Shown here in pieces: positions 24,296-32,982 of a stretch of 36,478 bases of DNA. Positions within the stretch are counted from its first letter, which is position 1, and each line of letters starts with the position of its first letter. Under the pieces are notes generated by a model. The model had not been told where the DNA came from, did no database searches, and worked only from the letters and a program-made list of their open reading frames with translations. The stretch lies in the NCBI GenBank assembly GCA_040384905.1, contig JAZKIJ010000025.1:1-36478 (forward strand), in the 5' to 3' direction. A program made the position numbers and the translations under genes. Origin of the DNA: Patescibacteria group bacterium. Its GTDB lineage: Bacteria; Patescibacteriota; Minisyncoccia; Phycocordibacterales; UBA918.

Positions 24296-24940
24296 ATGCA
24301 AAACGTATTCACAGTTCACAATAAGATTGCACTCCTTGATAAAGTTATAAGAAAAACAGATGTTGTACTCGATATAGGGTTTTGGGGGCAGGGAATTACA
24401 TACACTAGTCCGGCGTGGCCACACAAGCAATTAAAGGACCGGGCTGCTGATGTTTATGGAATTGATATAATTTATGATGAATCAATTATTCCGGAGAGTG
24501 ACCGTCACAAATATCAAAAAGCAGCCGCCGAAAATTTTCATTTTGATAAAAAATTTGATGTCATATTTGCGGGTGATTTAATTGAACATCTTGTTAATCC
24601 CGGATTGTTTTTAGATAATGCAAAGGCGCACTTGGCACCAGGGGGAAAACTGATTATGACTACACCCAATACTTTTAATCTGTTTGTAATGGCGGGAAAG
24701 TTAACGCGTGAAGAGCCTCCGACTAACGCAGATCATACATTTTATTTCAATCGTCGAACGATCAGTACTTTACTTGAAAAATGTGGATTTACTGTTGATA
24801 CTTTTGGGTTTATGTATACTCTTGAGTATGGATTTAAGGAAAGTATAAAGAAAAAGTTTTTAAATGCTTTGTACCGATTCTTTTCGTGGTTTACTCCTAA
24901 ATATATGGAAACTCTTATTGTTGTTGCAATTCCTAAATAA
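24296..24940 (+). CDS. Class I SAM-dependent methyltransferase
   Basis: SAM motif I is VLDIGFWGQG and the post-I region is FAGDLIEHLVNP...LAPGGKLIMTTPN. The track start is TTG 24266; I prefer ATG 24296. Confidence 0.7.
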   Translation: MQNVFTVHNKIALLDKVIRKTDVVLDIGFWGQGITYTSPAWPHKQLKDRAADVYGIDIIYDESIIPESDRHKYQKAAAENFHFDKKFDVIFAGDLIEHLVNPGLFLDNAKAHLAPGGKLIMTTPNTFNLFVMAGKLTREEPPTNADHTFYFNRRTISTLLEKCGFTVDTFGFMYTLEYGFKESIKKKFLNALYRFFSWFTPKYMETLIVVAIPK

Positions 24941-24945
24941 TAAAT

Positions 24946-25581
24946 ATGTTCAAAACGCTACTTTCTTCCCTCTGGTCAGGTAAAAGCGTTACACGCGGTT
25001 TACTGGATTATAGACTTGCTCAAGAAACTTTAAAGGGAAAAGTAATAGATATAGGCGGAGGTACAAACCCTGCATATATAGGGTTTATGAAAAAAGAAGA
25101 AGGTGCAGTAGTGCAATCGTTTGATGTTAAAATTGGAGCTATCACTGATTTTGAAACCGATGTTTTACCTGCAGCCACTGATAATTTTGACAGTGTACTT
25201 TTTCTAAATGTGATGGAGCATATATTTAATCATCAACACATCGCCAATGAAGTGGTGCGGATTGTGAAGCCGGGAGGTCAGTTGATAGGGTTTGTACCAT
25301 TTTTAATGTGGTATCATCCTGACCATAAAGATTTTTTTCGTTATACTCATGAGGCTTTAGAAATTATATTTAATAAAGCCGGCGCAAAAAAAATTAAAAT
25401 CGAATCTATTGCATACGGCCCTTTTACTGCGGCCGCTCACATAATTCTACTTTCTTTTCCAAGGATTTTAAGGGCGCCGTTGTACGTACTATTTTTTATA
25501 GCTGACTGGATGTATTTAAAATTTAGACCAGGGCAGGGAAGTAAATTTGCACTTGGATATTTTTTCACTTTTACTAAATAA
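24946..25581 (+). CDS. Class I SAM-dependent methyltransferase (Methyltransf_11-like) with a hydrophobic C-terminus
   Basis: Motifs VIDIGGGTNP, LFLNVMEHI and VKPGGQLIGFVPF. Confidence 0.7.
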   Translation: MFKTLLSSLWSGKSVTRGLLDYRLAQETLKGKVIDIGGGTNPAYIGFMKKEEGAVVQSFDVKIGAITDFETDVLPAATDNFDSVLFLNVMEHIFNHQHIANEVVRIVKPGGQLIGFVPFLMWYHPDHKDFFRYTHEALEIIFNKAGAKKIKIESIAYGPFTAAAHIILLSFPRILRAPLYVLFFIADWMYLKFRPGQGSKFALGYFFTFTK

Positions 25582-25585
25582 ATAT

Positions 25586-26386
25586 ATGGGGTATCTACTT
25601 AAAACTTTTTTTATAACCATCCCCACTTTAGGAAAGCAGTTGTCAGGGAAAAGTGCACTTACACAAATTATACTTACGTATTCATTGTGGTGGTTTGTAA
25701 TTACCCGAAAATTTTTTAAAAACAATACAGATTTTTTATTGCAGGCTGAGTATTGTAATACCAAACTTAATATTTTCTTAAGATATCCAATGGATATTGC
25801 AGTATTGCGTGAAATATTTATTGATAAGGAATATGAATGGACAGGGAATGCTGAGCCTAACACGATAATTGATATGGGCGCTCATTTTGGAGATACAGCT
25901 TTGTATTATCATGCACGCTTCCCAGATGCTACCATTATTGCGGTAGAGCCTTCTCCTGAGAATTACGAGCGTTTAGTTAAAAATACAAAAGAGATACCGA
26001 AGATAATTCCTGTTCAGGCAGCGGTGGGCAAGTTTGATGGTGTGATTAATTTATCTCTTGGGGCTAGCGCCCTGGGGTACTCCACTCTAGAAAATACTCA
26101 ATCAAAAGCATCTGTTGAAGTGAAACAAGTAACATTACCAACTCTTTTACATCAATATTCAATTACCAAAGCAGATATTATAAAATTTGATATTGAAGGG
26201 GCTGAGTTTGATGTATTTAATAATCCTGACATTGCTATGCATAGCGCTGTATTTATAGGTGAGGTGCATACGGATTTGGTGCCTGGTTCATCTTTACAAG
26301 GATTTCTCTCAGCCTTTAAAGGTATGCACTGTGACAGTACAAGAATTTCTGGTAAAGGTAGATACTTAGTAAAAATTCAGAAATAA
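25586..26386 (+). CDS. FkbM-family methyltransferase
   Basis: Motifs IIDMGAHFGDTALYYHARFPDATIIAVEPSPENYERL and IIKFDIEGAEFDVF. ATG 25586 avoids the overlap created by the track start 25547. Confidence 0.75.
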   Translation: MGYLLKTFFITIPTLGKQLSGKSALTQIILTYSLWWFVITRKFFKNNTDFLLQAEYCNTKLNIFLRYPMDIAVLREIFIDKEYEWTGNAEPNTIIDMGAHFGDTALYYHARFPDATIIAVEPSPENYERLVKNTKEIPKIIPVQAAVGKFDGVINLSLGASALGYSTLENTQSKASVEVKQVTLPTLLHQYSITKADIIKFDIEGAEFDVFNNPDIAMHSAVFIGEVHTDLVPGSSLQGFLSAFKGMHCDSTRISGKGRYLVKIQK

Positions 26387-26388
26387 AT

Positions 26389-27633
26389 TTACGTTCTATC
26401 TAAATATAACCAGATAAAATAAAAAGATAATTCAATGTATGAGGAAGCGACGAAAGCTATAATTGTACCTACTATTCCCAAAGTATACGTTAGAACCAAT
26501 GTCAGAATAATACGTACTACAGCGCTGGAAAGCTGAATGTAATAAAGTGCCACGCTGTTTGTTTCTGACTTCAGTGCACTTTGAATGATATAAAAAACCG
26601 ATGCTGGAATGGCAAGGGCAAGTAATTGTGAATAGAGTACACCTGTAATATATTTTGGAAATAATAGTGAAAACATAATAGGAGCTAGAGCGATGTAAGA
26701 AAAAGTTATTAAAATAAGGATTAAAAACAATTGGAAACTCCTTTTGGGGATACTGCTCCGCAGTTGTGCGGGTGTGTAATTAACGTATTTAGGAAATAAT
26801 AAGTTACTTAGATTTTTTATGAAGCCTCGTATTTGGTCTGGTATAACTAGGGCGATACTGTAAACAGCAAGTTGTGGCGCTCCTAAATGTTGAAAAACTA
26901 CAATGGCATCGAGACGCTGAGCACCGTTTATAATCGCAGATTGAATGCTTTGATGTACACCAAAAGATATATATTTGTTCGTTTCTTCTGTTGAAAGAGC
27001 TGGTTGATCAGAAGAGGGTTTAAAATAAAAATATCCTACTGAGATTGTGATAAATTGAGCTGCTTGGTACGTAAAAAATAAAATAGACAAATCCTGAGTA
27101 AAGGTAATAGTTAACAAACTGATTATGGTAATAATCGTTACCCTAATGATTTGAAAACCCGCAGCTTCCTTAAAACGTTTTTGTCCATTAAGAAAATTAA
27201 ATATATTAAAATAGCTGGTTATTAATCCTTGAAACACAGCAATAAAAATACAGCCTATTCCTAAAACAAAGTTATCATTTGCAAAGTAGTACACGCTCGT
27301 AGCCAGTGCGAGTAACGAGCTCAAAAAACCAGAATAAAAACTATATTTCATTCCTGTACTAAAAAACCCCAGCTTTCCCTGGGCTGTTGTTTGTAAGATA
27401 GATTGGCCGATGCTATTTAGCGAGAGGACAGAAAAAAATGAAGCGATAATAACTAGGTATCTGTAAATACCAAAGGACTGCTCAGTTAAACTGTGTGCAA
27501 AGACTGCTGTAACAATCAAGGATCCCACTAGCGAGATTACTTGATTACAACCTATCCAAAAACCATTGGTCATAAAGTAGTGGAAATCAATGTTGTATTT
27601 TTTGTTAATTTTAAGGAGATAGGCGTTTATCAT
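26389..27633 (-). CDS. Wzx-like oligosaccharide flippase (MOP/Polysacc_synt family)
   Basis: 414 aa with about 12 hydrophobic helices. It is the only long minus-strand gene in the locus, and its stop lies 2 nt from the FkbM stop (convergent). Confidence 0.65.
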   Translation of the reverse strand: MINAYLLKINKKYNIDFHYFMTNGFWIGCNQVISLVGSLIVTAVFAHSLTEQSFGIYRYLVIIASFFSVLSLNSIGQSILQTTAQGKLGFFSTGMKYSFYSGFLSSLLALATSVYYFANDNFVLGIGCIFIAVFQGLITSYFNIFNFLNGQKRFKEAAGFQIIRVTIITIISLLTITFTQDLSILFFTYQAAQFITISVGYFYFKPSSDQPALSTEETNKYISFGVHQSIQSAIINGAQRLDAIVVFQHLGAPQLAVYSIALVIPDQIRGFIKNLSNLLFPKYVNYTPAQLRSSIPKRSFQLFLILILITFSYIALAPIMFSLLFPKYITGVLYSQLLALAIPASVFYIIQSALKSETNSVALYYIQLSSAVVRIILTLVLTYTLGIVGTIIAFVASSYIELSFYFIWLYLDRT

Positions 27634-27714
27634 AGTAGTATTGTAACTTACCTTTGGTCATTATCGTTACAGTGTAATGATTTATGATATGATACTAAAA
27701 ATAACTTTATAACT

Positions 27715-28332
27715 ATGCAAGAAAACTCACATATTTCCACTTATACTGAAAAAATTTATACACCCAAGGGATTTGCTGAGGTTAATGTGTTTGGAGATAA
27801 AAAAGTGCTTCATATCGGTTCTGGAAAGAAACGTTTGCCAGGGACTACTACCATAGATATTCTCGATTTGCCGGGTGTAGATATTGTGCATGATTTAGAT
27901 CAAATGCCGTGGCCGATTCAAGATAATGAGTATGATGTCATATTTGCACATAGTGTTTTTGAACACTTAGAAGATCAGGTGAAAATAATGGAGGAAATGT
28001 GGCGAATTTTAAAACCCCAGGGAAGAATAGTAATTTGTGTGCCTCATTTTAGATGTGTCGACGCATTTAATGACTCAACGCATACTCATTTTTTCACATC
28101 ACGCTCAATGGACTATTACATTCAAGGCACACGGCTGGCTGATTTTGAATACACTAATAAATATTTTAAAAAAATCGGTTTTTGGATTGGGTGGCCACAA
28201 CCTTCAACAAATCCAGTAAAACAATTTTTTAAAAATTTTGTACATTCCCATCAAGGTTTTTACGATTCTCATTTATCGTTGCTCTTTCCCGTAAAAATTC
28301 TCACCTGGGAACTCGAGGTTATTAAAAACTAA
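27715..28332 (+). CDS. Class I SAM-dependent methyltransferase
   Basis: Motifs VLHIGSGKK, IFAHSVFEHLED and LKPQGRIVICVPHF. Confidence 0.7.
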   Translation: MQENSHISTYTEKIYTPKGFAEVNVFGDKKVLHIGSGKKRLPGTTTIDILDLPGVDIVHDLDQMPWPIQDNEYDVIFAHSVFEHLEDQVKIMEEMWRILKPQGRIVICVPHFRCVDAFNDSTHTHFFTSRSMDYYIQGTRLADFEYTNKYFKKIGFWIGWPQPSTNPVKQFFKNFVHSHQGFYDSHLSLLFPVKILTWELEVIKN

Positions 28333-28337
28333 CGTAT

Positions 28338-29423
28338 ATGCACATTGGTATCCCGTTAAGTCCGTACGGTGAAAAGTCACCTTCAGGATTAGGTATATTT
28401 GTTTTGTCGGTAGTGCATGTATTAATAAAATTAAAACCCGACTGGAGTTTTACCCTTATTACCAAAGGAATTCAGAACAGTCAGGAATTTTCTCAGTACA
28501 AAAACGTTTCTGTAGTAGCAATGCCTAATCATTTTTTATGGAAAGATGTAGCGTGCGCTACCTTAAAAGAGGTTGATGTTTGGCTGTATGTTAACCCAAG
28601 CTTGCCATTTTTAGTGACTCCTTTAAAAAGCCTAGCTATCGCCTTGGATTTTGGAAATTTTTATGATGATCAAAATTTTAATTTTTCCACAAAAATAAAA
28701 ATTGGACTCCTAAAAAAAGTTCAGGGCTGGTCACTAAGGCGAGCTAGTCACATTGTAAGTACTTCACAGGCAACCTTGACCGACATGCAGAAAATTTTTC
28801 CGGTCACGATTCATAAAAAATCTTCCGTGGTTATGTGTGGATATACGAAAGTGAGCGAAGTGTACCAATCCTTAAAAGTTGAAAATTTGCCGGAAGAATA
28901 TTATTTAATAGTTGGAGTTATTAAACCTCGAAAAAATCAATTAACCGCGGTTAAAGCTTTTTTTACGGCTAAAGAACAAGGGCTTAAAGCCAAATTAGTT
29001 ATTTGTGGAAAGGGAAGTGGTGAGTATTACGATGCATTAATTTCATATATTGCTCAATCACCCCATAAAGAGGACGTGTTGTTTCTAGGGTATCGCACCA
29101 ATGAGGAACTAACGTATTTGTATAAACACGCCTTAGCGCTAGTGTTCCCTAGTCATGTGGAGGGTTTTGGCATGCCAATTGTTGAAGCGATGTCGTGCGG
29201 CACACCGGTGATTTGTTCAAATAACGGAGCTCAGGGCGAAGTTGCAAATGGGTATGCAATCACCATTGATTCGCGTGATGTGTCTGGTTTTTCCAACGCA
29301 ATGATAACTATGCAAAACCAAGAAGTTCGTACTGAGTATATACAAAAAGGATATGTACGGGCAGAGGATTTTTCTTGGGAGAAAACTGGAAGGGGGTATA
29401 TTTCAATTTTAGAATCGATGTAA
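28338..29423 (+). CDS. Glycosyltransferase family 4
   Basis: Motif FPSHVEGFGMPIVEAMSCGTPVICSNNGAQGEV. Confidence 0.75.
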   Translation: MHIGIPLSPYGEKSPSGLGIFVLSVVHVLIKLKPDWSFTLITKGIQNSQEFSQYKNVSVVAMPNHFLWKDVACATLKEVDVWLYVNPSLPFLVTPLKSLAIALDFGNFYDDQNFNFSTKIKIGLLKKVQGWSLRRASHIVSTSQATLTDMQKIFPVTIHKKSSVVMCGYTKVSEVYQSLKVENLPEEYYLIVGVIKPRKNQLTAVKAFFTAKEQGLKAKLVICGKGSGEYYDALISYIAQSPHKEDVLFLGYRTNEELTYLYKHALALVFPSHVEGFGMPIVEAMSCGTPVICSNNGAQGEVANGYAITIDSRDVSGFSNAMITMQNQEVRTEYIQKGYVRAEDFSWEKTGRGYISILESM

Positions 29424-29430
29424 GTAAGAT

Positions 29431-30150
29431 TTAATTATCAATAATTCTTTTTACGATACCATTACGAATTTCAATGATTGAACCAGAAGGGTAGGTATCT
29501 GTGTCAGAAAGCATCCCGGCAACAGTTTGACCTACAATAGAAGCATCCTGGTGCTGAGAAGCGTCATGCGCAATGTGCTCACGCATTTGTGTATTGGTTG
29601 GACCGGGACATACTACCAGGGATCTTTTGTTTGGTTCCCAACGCTTCGCTAACGATTTACCAAAATTATTTAAAGCGGCTTTAGAGGCTGAGTACATGGG
29701 AAATTTATTGTTTCCCCATAAGCCAGCCGTCGAAGATATAAATAAAACTCCACCCTGATTAGAAATTGTTGAATCAAGTCGTGAAGTAATTTCAATAGCA
29801 GATAGCACGTTGACCGAGAATGTCTTCTGTATTTCTAGTAATGATATAAAACCTTGTTCTTCTAAAGTGGTTATGTATCCGGCAGAAAATATAATCCAGC
29901 TGATTTCAGAAAATTCACTTTTTAGGTGATTACAAAGTGACGATAAGGATGGGAGATCCTCTAAATCAGCAATTTGAATACTAGTGGTGGCAGGGGTAGC
30001 GCTAAGGTTTTTTGAAAGGGTTTGTAACTTTATTGGGTCTCGACCGTGTAGTATCAAGTGGTTACCAGGAACAGCTAGCTGTAAACAAATAGCCTGTCCA
30101 ATGTCGCTGGTAGCCCCGATAATGAGAATAGTATTTGAAATTGAAGTCAT
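29431..30150 (-). CDS. Classical short-chain dehydrogenase/reductase (SDR)
   Basis: Cofactor motif ILIIGATSDIGQAI and catalytic motif YSASKAAL. I trimmed the track ORF (to 30285) to the internal Met (MTSISNT...) so that it does not overlap the divergent gmd start. Confidence 0.65.
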   Translation of the reverse strand: MTSISNTILIIGATSDIGQAICLQLAVPGNHLILHGRDPIKLQTLSKNLSATPATTSIQIADLEDLPSLSSLCNHLKSEFSEISWIIFSAGYITTLEEQGFISLLEIQKTFSVNVLSAIEITSRLDSTISNQGGVLFISSTAGLWGNNKFPMYSASKAALNNFGKSLAKRWEPNKRSLVVCPGPTNTQMREHIAHDASQHQDASIVGQTVAGMLSDTDTYPSGSIIEIRNGIVKRIIDN

Positions 30151-30246
30151 TACGTCAATGCTAGCATGTAATAGCGTTTGTATACAAAACGTTCTATAAT
30201 ATCTCATCGATTCGAAGTTAATTACCCTAATATAAATATTGATTAC

Positions 30247-31230
30247 ATGGCAAAGGTTGCACTTATTACCGGTATTACGGGTCAAGATGGTTCTTATCTA
30301 GCAGAATTGCTGTTAGCTAAAGGGTATGTTGTGCATGGAATTGTGCGACGTTCAAGTAGCTATTTTATCGGCTCTGATTGTGGTTTTCTCTACCAAGGTT
30401 CAGAGGGTAATCAGGAAAATTTGCATCTTCACTATGGAGATTTAAGTGACTCAAGTGGATTAGAGCGGGTAATTAAACAAACTCGACCGGATGAAATTTA
30501 CAATCTTGGCGCCATGAGTGATGTGCGTGTCAGTTTTGATATTCCAGAATATACAGGTGATATTACCGGATTAGGGATTACTCGTATTTTAGAAGCTGTA
30601 CGAAATAATGAATTAACTAATACAAAAATTTATCAAGCGTCCACTTCCGAGTTGTATGGAAAAGTAGTGGAAACGCCACAAACAGAATTAACCCCTTTTT
30701 ATCCACGGAGCCCGTATGGAGTAAGTAAACTCTACGCCCACTGGATGTGTAAAAATTATAAAGAATCGTACGGCATGTTTATTTGTAGTGGAATTTTATT
30801 TAATCATGAATCCCCACGTCGTGGGCCAAATTTTGTAACGCGGAAAATCGCACACGGTGTTGCAAATATTCTTAAAGGAACACAAGAAAAAATATATTTA
30901 GGAAATCTAGAATCAAAACGAGATTGGGGGTATGCACCGGAATACGTGGAAGCAATGTGGATGATGCTACAGCAAGATGAACCAGATGATTACGTGTTGG
31001 CAACAAATGAATCTCATTCAATTAAAGAATTTTTAGAAGAGGCGTTTTCTTATGTTAATTTAGATTGGGAAAAATATGTAGAAATTAAACCTCATCTATA
31101 CCGACCAGCCGAAGTAGATGAATTACGGGGCGATCCCACAAAAGCAAAGAATAAACTCGGATGGGAACCAAAGACTAAATTTAAAGAACTCGTACGATTA
31201 TTAATTGATGCAGAAATTAAAAACACCTAA
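30247..31230 (+). CDS. gmd: GDP-mannose 4,6-dehydratase
   Basis: [54 protein letters not shown] and [11 protein letters not shown] align along the whole length with E. coli Gmd from memory. The start is set at ATG 30247 (MAKVALITG). Confidence 0.9.
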   Translation: MAKVALITGITGQDGSYLAELLLAKGYVVHGIVRRSSSYFIGSDCGFLYQGSEGNQENLHLHYGDLSDSSGLERVIKQTRPDEIYNLGAMSDVRVSFDIPEYTGDITGLGITRILEAVRNNELTNTKIYQASTSELYGKVVETPQTELTPFYPRSPYGVSKLYAHWMCKNYKESYGMFICSGILFNHESPRRGPNFVTRKIAHGVANILKGTQEKIYLGNLESKRDWGYAPEYVEAMWMMLQQDEPDDYVLATNESHSIKEFLEEAFSYVNLDWEKYVEIKPHLYRPAEVDELRGDPTKAKNKLGWEPKTKFKELVRLLIDAEIKNT

Positions 31231-31245
31231 TAATTTTCCTCTAGT

Positions 31246-32499
31246 ATGTCATTACAAAATTGTGGACACACCGCTACTACTTGCCACATGTGCCGCTCAT
31301 CAAAATTATCACTAGTCCTTGATTTAGGTGTTCAACCCCATTCTGATGATTTCCTTGATACGCCACGTTTGAATGAAGTAGAGCTATTTTTTCCGCTACG
31401 ATTGGTTTCTTGTGGGGAATGTGGACTTTTGCAAATTGATTATTTTGTAAATCCTGACATTCTGTATCGTACTAATTATGTCTATGAGTCTTCTATAACA
31501 GCCAGCGGTGTCGCTCATTATAAAAAAATGGCCACTGATATTTCTGAAAAATTTAATTTTCCAAATGGTAGTTTGTCGGTAGATATCGGTAGTAATGTAG
31601 GGGTACTCTTGCAAGGTTTTAAGGAGGTAGGGTTTACAGTACTCGGGGTAGATCCGGCTGAAAAAGTCGCTGCTAAAGCAAATAATGCCGGTCTTGAAAC
31701 TATCGTTGATTTTTTCTCGAGTGATGTGGCTAAAAAAATAATAGCCGAAAAAGGAAAAGCAAAGGTAGTTACCGGTACAAATGTGTACGCCCATTTACAC
31801 GATATCGATTCAGCTACTGAAGGAATAAAAGAGTTACTTGATGAAGATGGTGTGCTCGTTATCGAGGCACCGTACGCACTTGATATGATAGAACATGTTG
31901 AATACGACACTATCTACCATCAACATATTGGATATTTATCGGTTCGACCAATGATTGCGTATCTTAAAAAATTCAATTTAGATTTATTTGACGTTGAGTA
32001 TAAAAAAATTCACGGAGGAACTGCTCGGTACTATATTGGTCATGCAGGCAAACATGAGATTCAACCGGTTATAGCAGAATCCCTCAACGCTGAGAATTCT
32101 TTTGGGCTGTATGATGCAGTTCGTTTAGAAAAGTTTGCACATGATGTGTACGAACAGCGTGTGCAAATGGTGAATATGCTCAATGGTCTAAAAGCTGAGG
32201 GTAAAAAAATAGTGGGGATATCAGCACCAGCAAAAGGAAATACGTTACTTAATTTTTGTGGAATAGATAATTACTATTTTGATTTCATAACCGAAAAAAG
32301 TACTTTCAAACAAGGACTGTACACACCGGGTACTCGTATCCCGATTGTAACTGACGAGCAGTTACTCGAAGTGCAGCCAGACTACGCGGTGATTTTAGCC
32401 TGGAATTTTTCTGAAGAAATTATGAAAAATCTTGCTGTGTACAAAGAGAGAGGCGGAAAATTTATTATTCCCATTCCGTACCCGACAATTGTTAAATAA
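31246..32499 (+). CDS. NDP-hexose C-methyltransferase-like enzyme (Zn-ribbon, class I MTase and C-methyltransferase C-terminal domain; TylCIII/EvaC-type architecture)
   Basis: 417 aa with an N-terminal Cys pair CHMCRSSKLSLVLDLGVQPHSDDF...CGECGLLQ, the SAM motif VDIGSNVG, and a long C-terminal domain. Confidence 0.65.
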   Translation: MSLQNCGHTATTCHMCRSSKLSLVLDLGVQPHSDDFLDTPRLNEVELFFPLRLVSCGECGLLQIDYFVNPDILYRTNYVYESSITASGVAHYKKMATDISEKFNFPNGSLSVDIGSNVGVLLQGFKEVGFTVLGVDPAEKVAAKANNAGLETIVDFFSSDVAKKIIAEKGKAKVVTGTNVYAHLHDIDSATEGIKELLDEDGVLVIEAPYALDMIEHVEYDTIYHQHIGYLSVRPMIAYLKKFNLDLFDVEYKKIHGGTARYYIGHAGKHEIQPVIAESLNAENSFGLYDAVRLEKFAHDVYEQRVQMVNMLNGLKAEGKKIVGISAPAKGNTLLNFCGIDNYYFDFITEKSTFKQGLYTPGTRIPIVTDEQLLEVQPDYAVILAWNFSEEIMKNLAVYKERGGKFIIPIPYPTIVK

Positions 32500-32511
32500 A
32501 ATAAAAATACT

Positions 32512-32898
32512 ATGGAAAATTCACACGTCAAAATAACGAAGATTGAGCCGGTCCATACTGATGACCGAGGGGTGATTATTGATATTTTGAATAAGCCTAT
32601 TAGTCACGTTGGATACATCACCTTTACTAAAGGAGCGGTGCGAGCAAAACATTATCATACGGTTTCAGTGCAGTACGATTACATCATCAGCGGAAGCATT
32701 AAATTAACCACCTGTTTACCAGACGGTTCAGATAAAGAAGAAAACATTTTAACTGAAGGAATGTCGAGTGAGATTGCACCCGGTGTCGTCCATATGTACA
32801 CCGCTCTTGAAGATAGTGTGATGATTGATATGACTACGCTTAGTAGAGACAGTGATGGATATGAAAAAGATACTGTGCGGGTAGATTTGGCGCTTTAA
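32512..32898 (+). CDS. Cupin-fold protein, WxcM/FdtA-like sugar-nucleotide isomerase/epimerase (tentative)
   Basis: 128 aa. DDRGVIIDIL...VRAKHYHTVSVQYDYIISGSIKL resembles the D-RG...RG-H-H cupin core of the 3,4-ketoisomerase family. Confidence 0.45.
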   Translation: MENSHVKITKIEPVHTDDRGVIIDILNKPISHVGYITFTKGAVRAKHYHTVSVQYDYIISGSIKLTTCLPDGSDKEENILTEGMSSEIAPGVVHMYTALEDSVMIDMTTLSRDSDGYEKDTVRVDLAL

Positions 32899-32969
32899 TA
32901 AAATTTTTTTTAAAGTCAGTATTCGCGAATTATTAAGAGTTGCTATTTTTTTAGCGGGGCATTTGCGGG

Positions 32970-32975
32970 TATACT
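32970..32975 (+). promoter_or_regulatory. -10 hexamer TATACT, 7 nt upstream of ATG 32983
   Basis: tatact-aggagta-ATG. G+C content rises again from this point. Confidence 0.4.
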
Positions 32976-32982
32976 AGGAGTA

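Noticed and set aside
29431-30285. Long N-terminal extensions of the SDR (to 30285) and of gmd (from 30178), which would make the divergent genes overlap by about 100 nt
   Set aside because: The extensions have no family similarity (for example [18 protein letters not shown] and [16 protein letters not shown]). Internal ATGs at 30150 (minus) and 30247 (plus) give canonical N-termini (ILIIGATSDIG and [15 protein letters not shown]).
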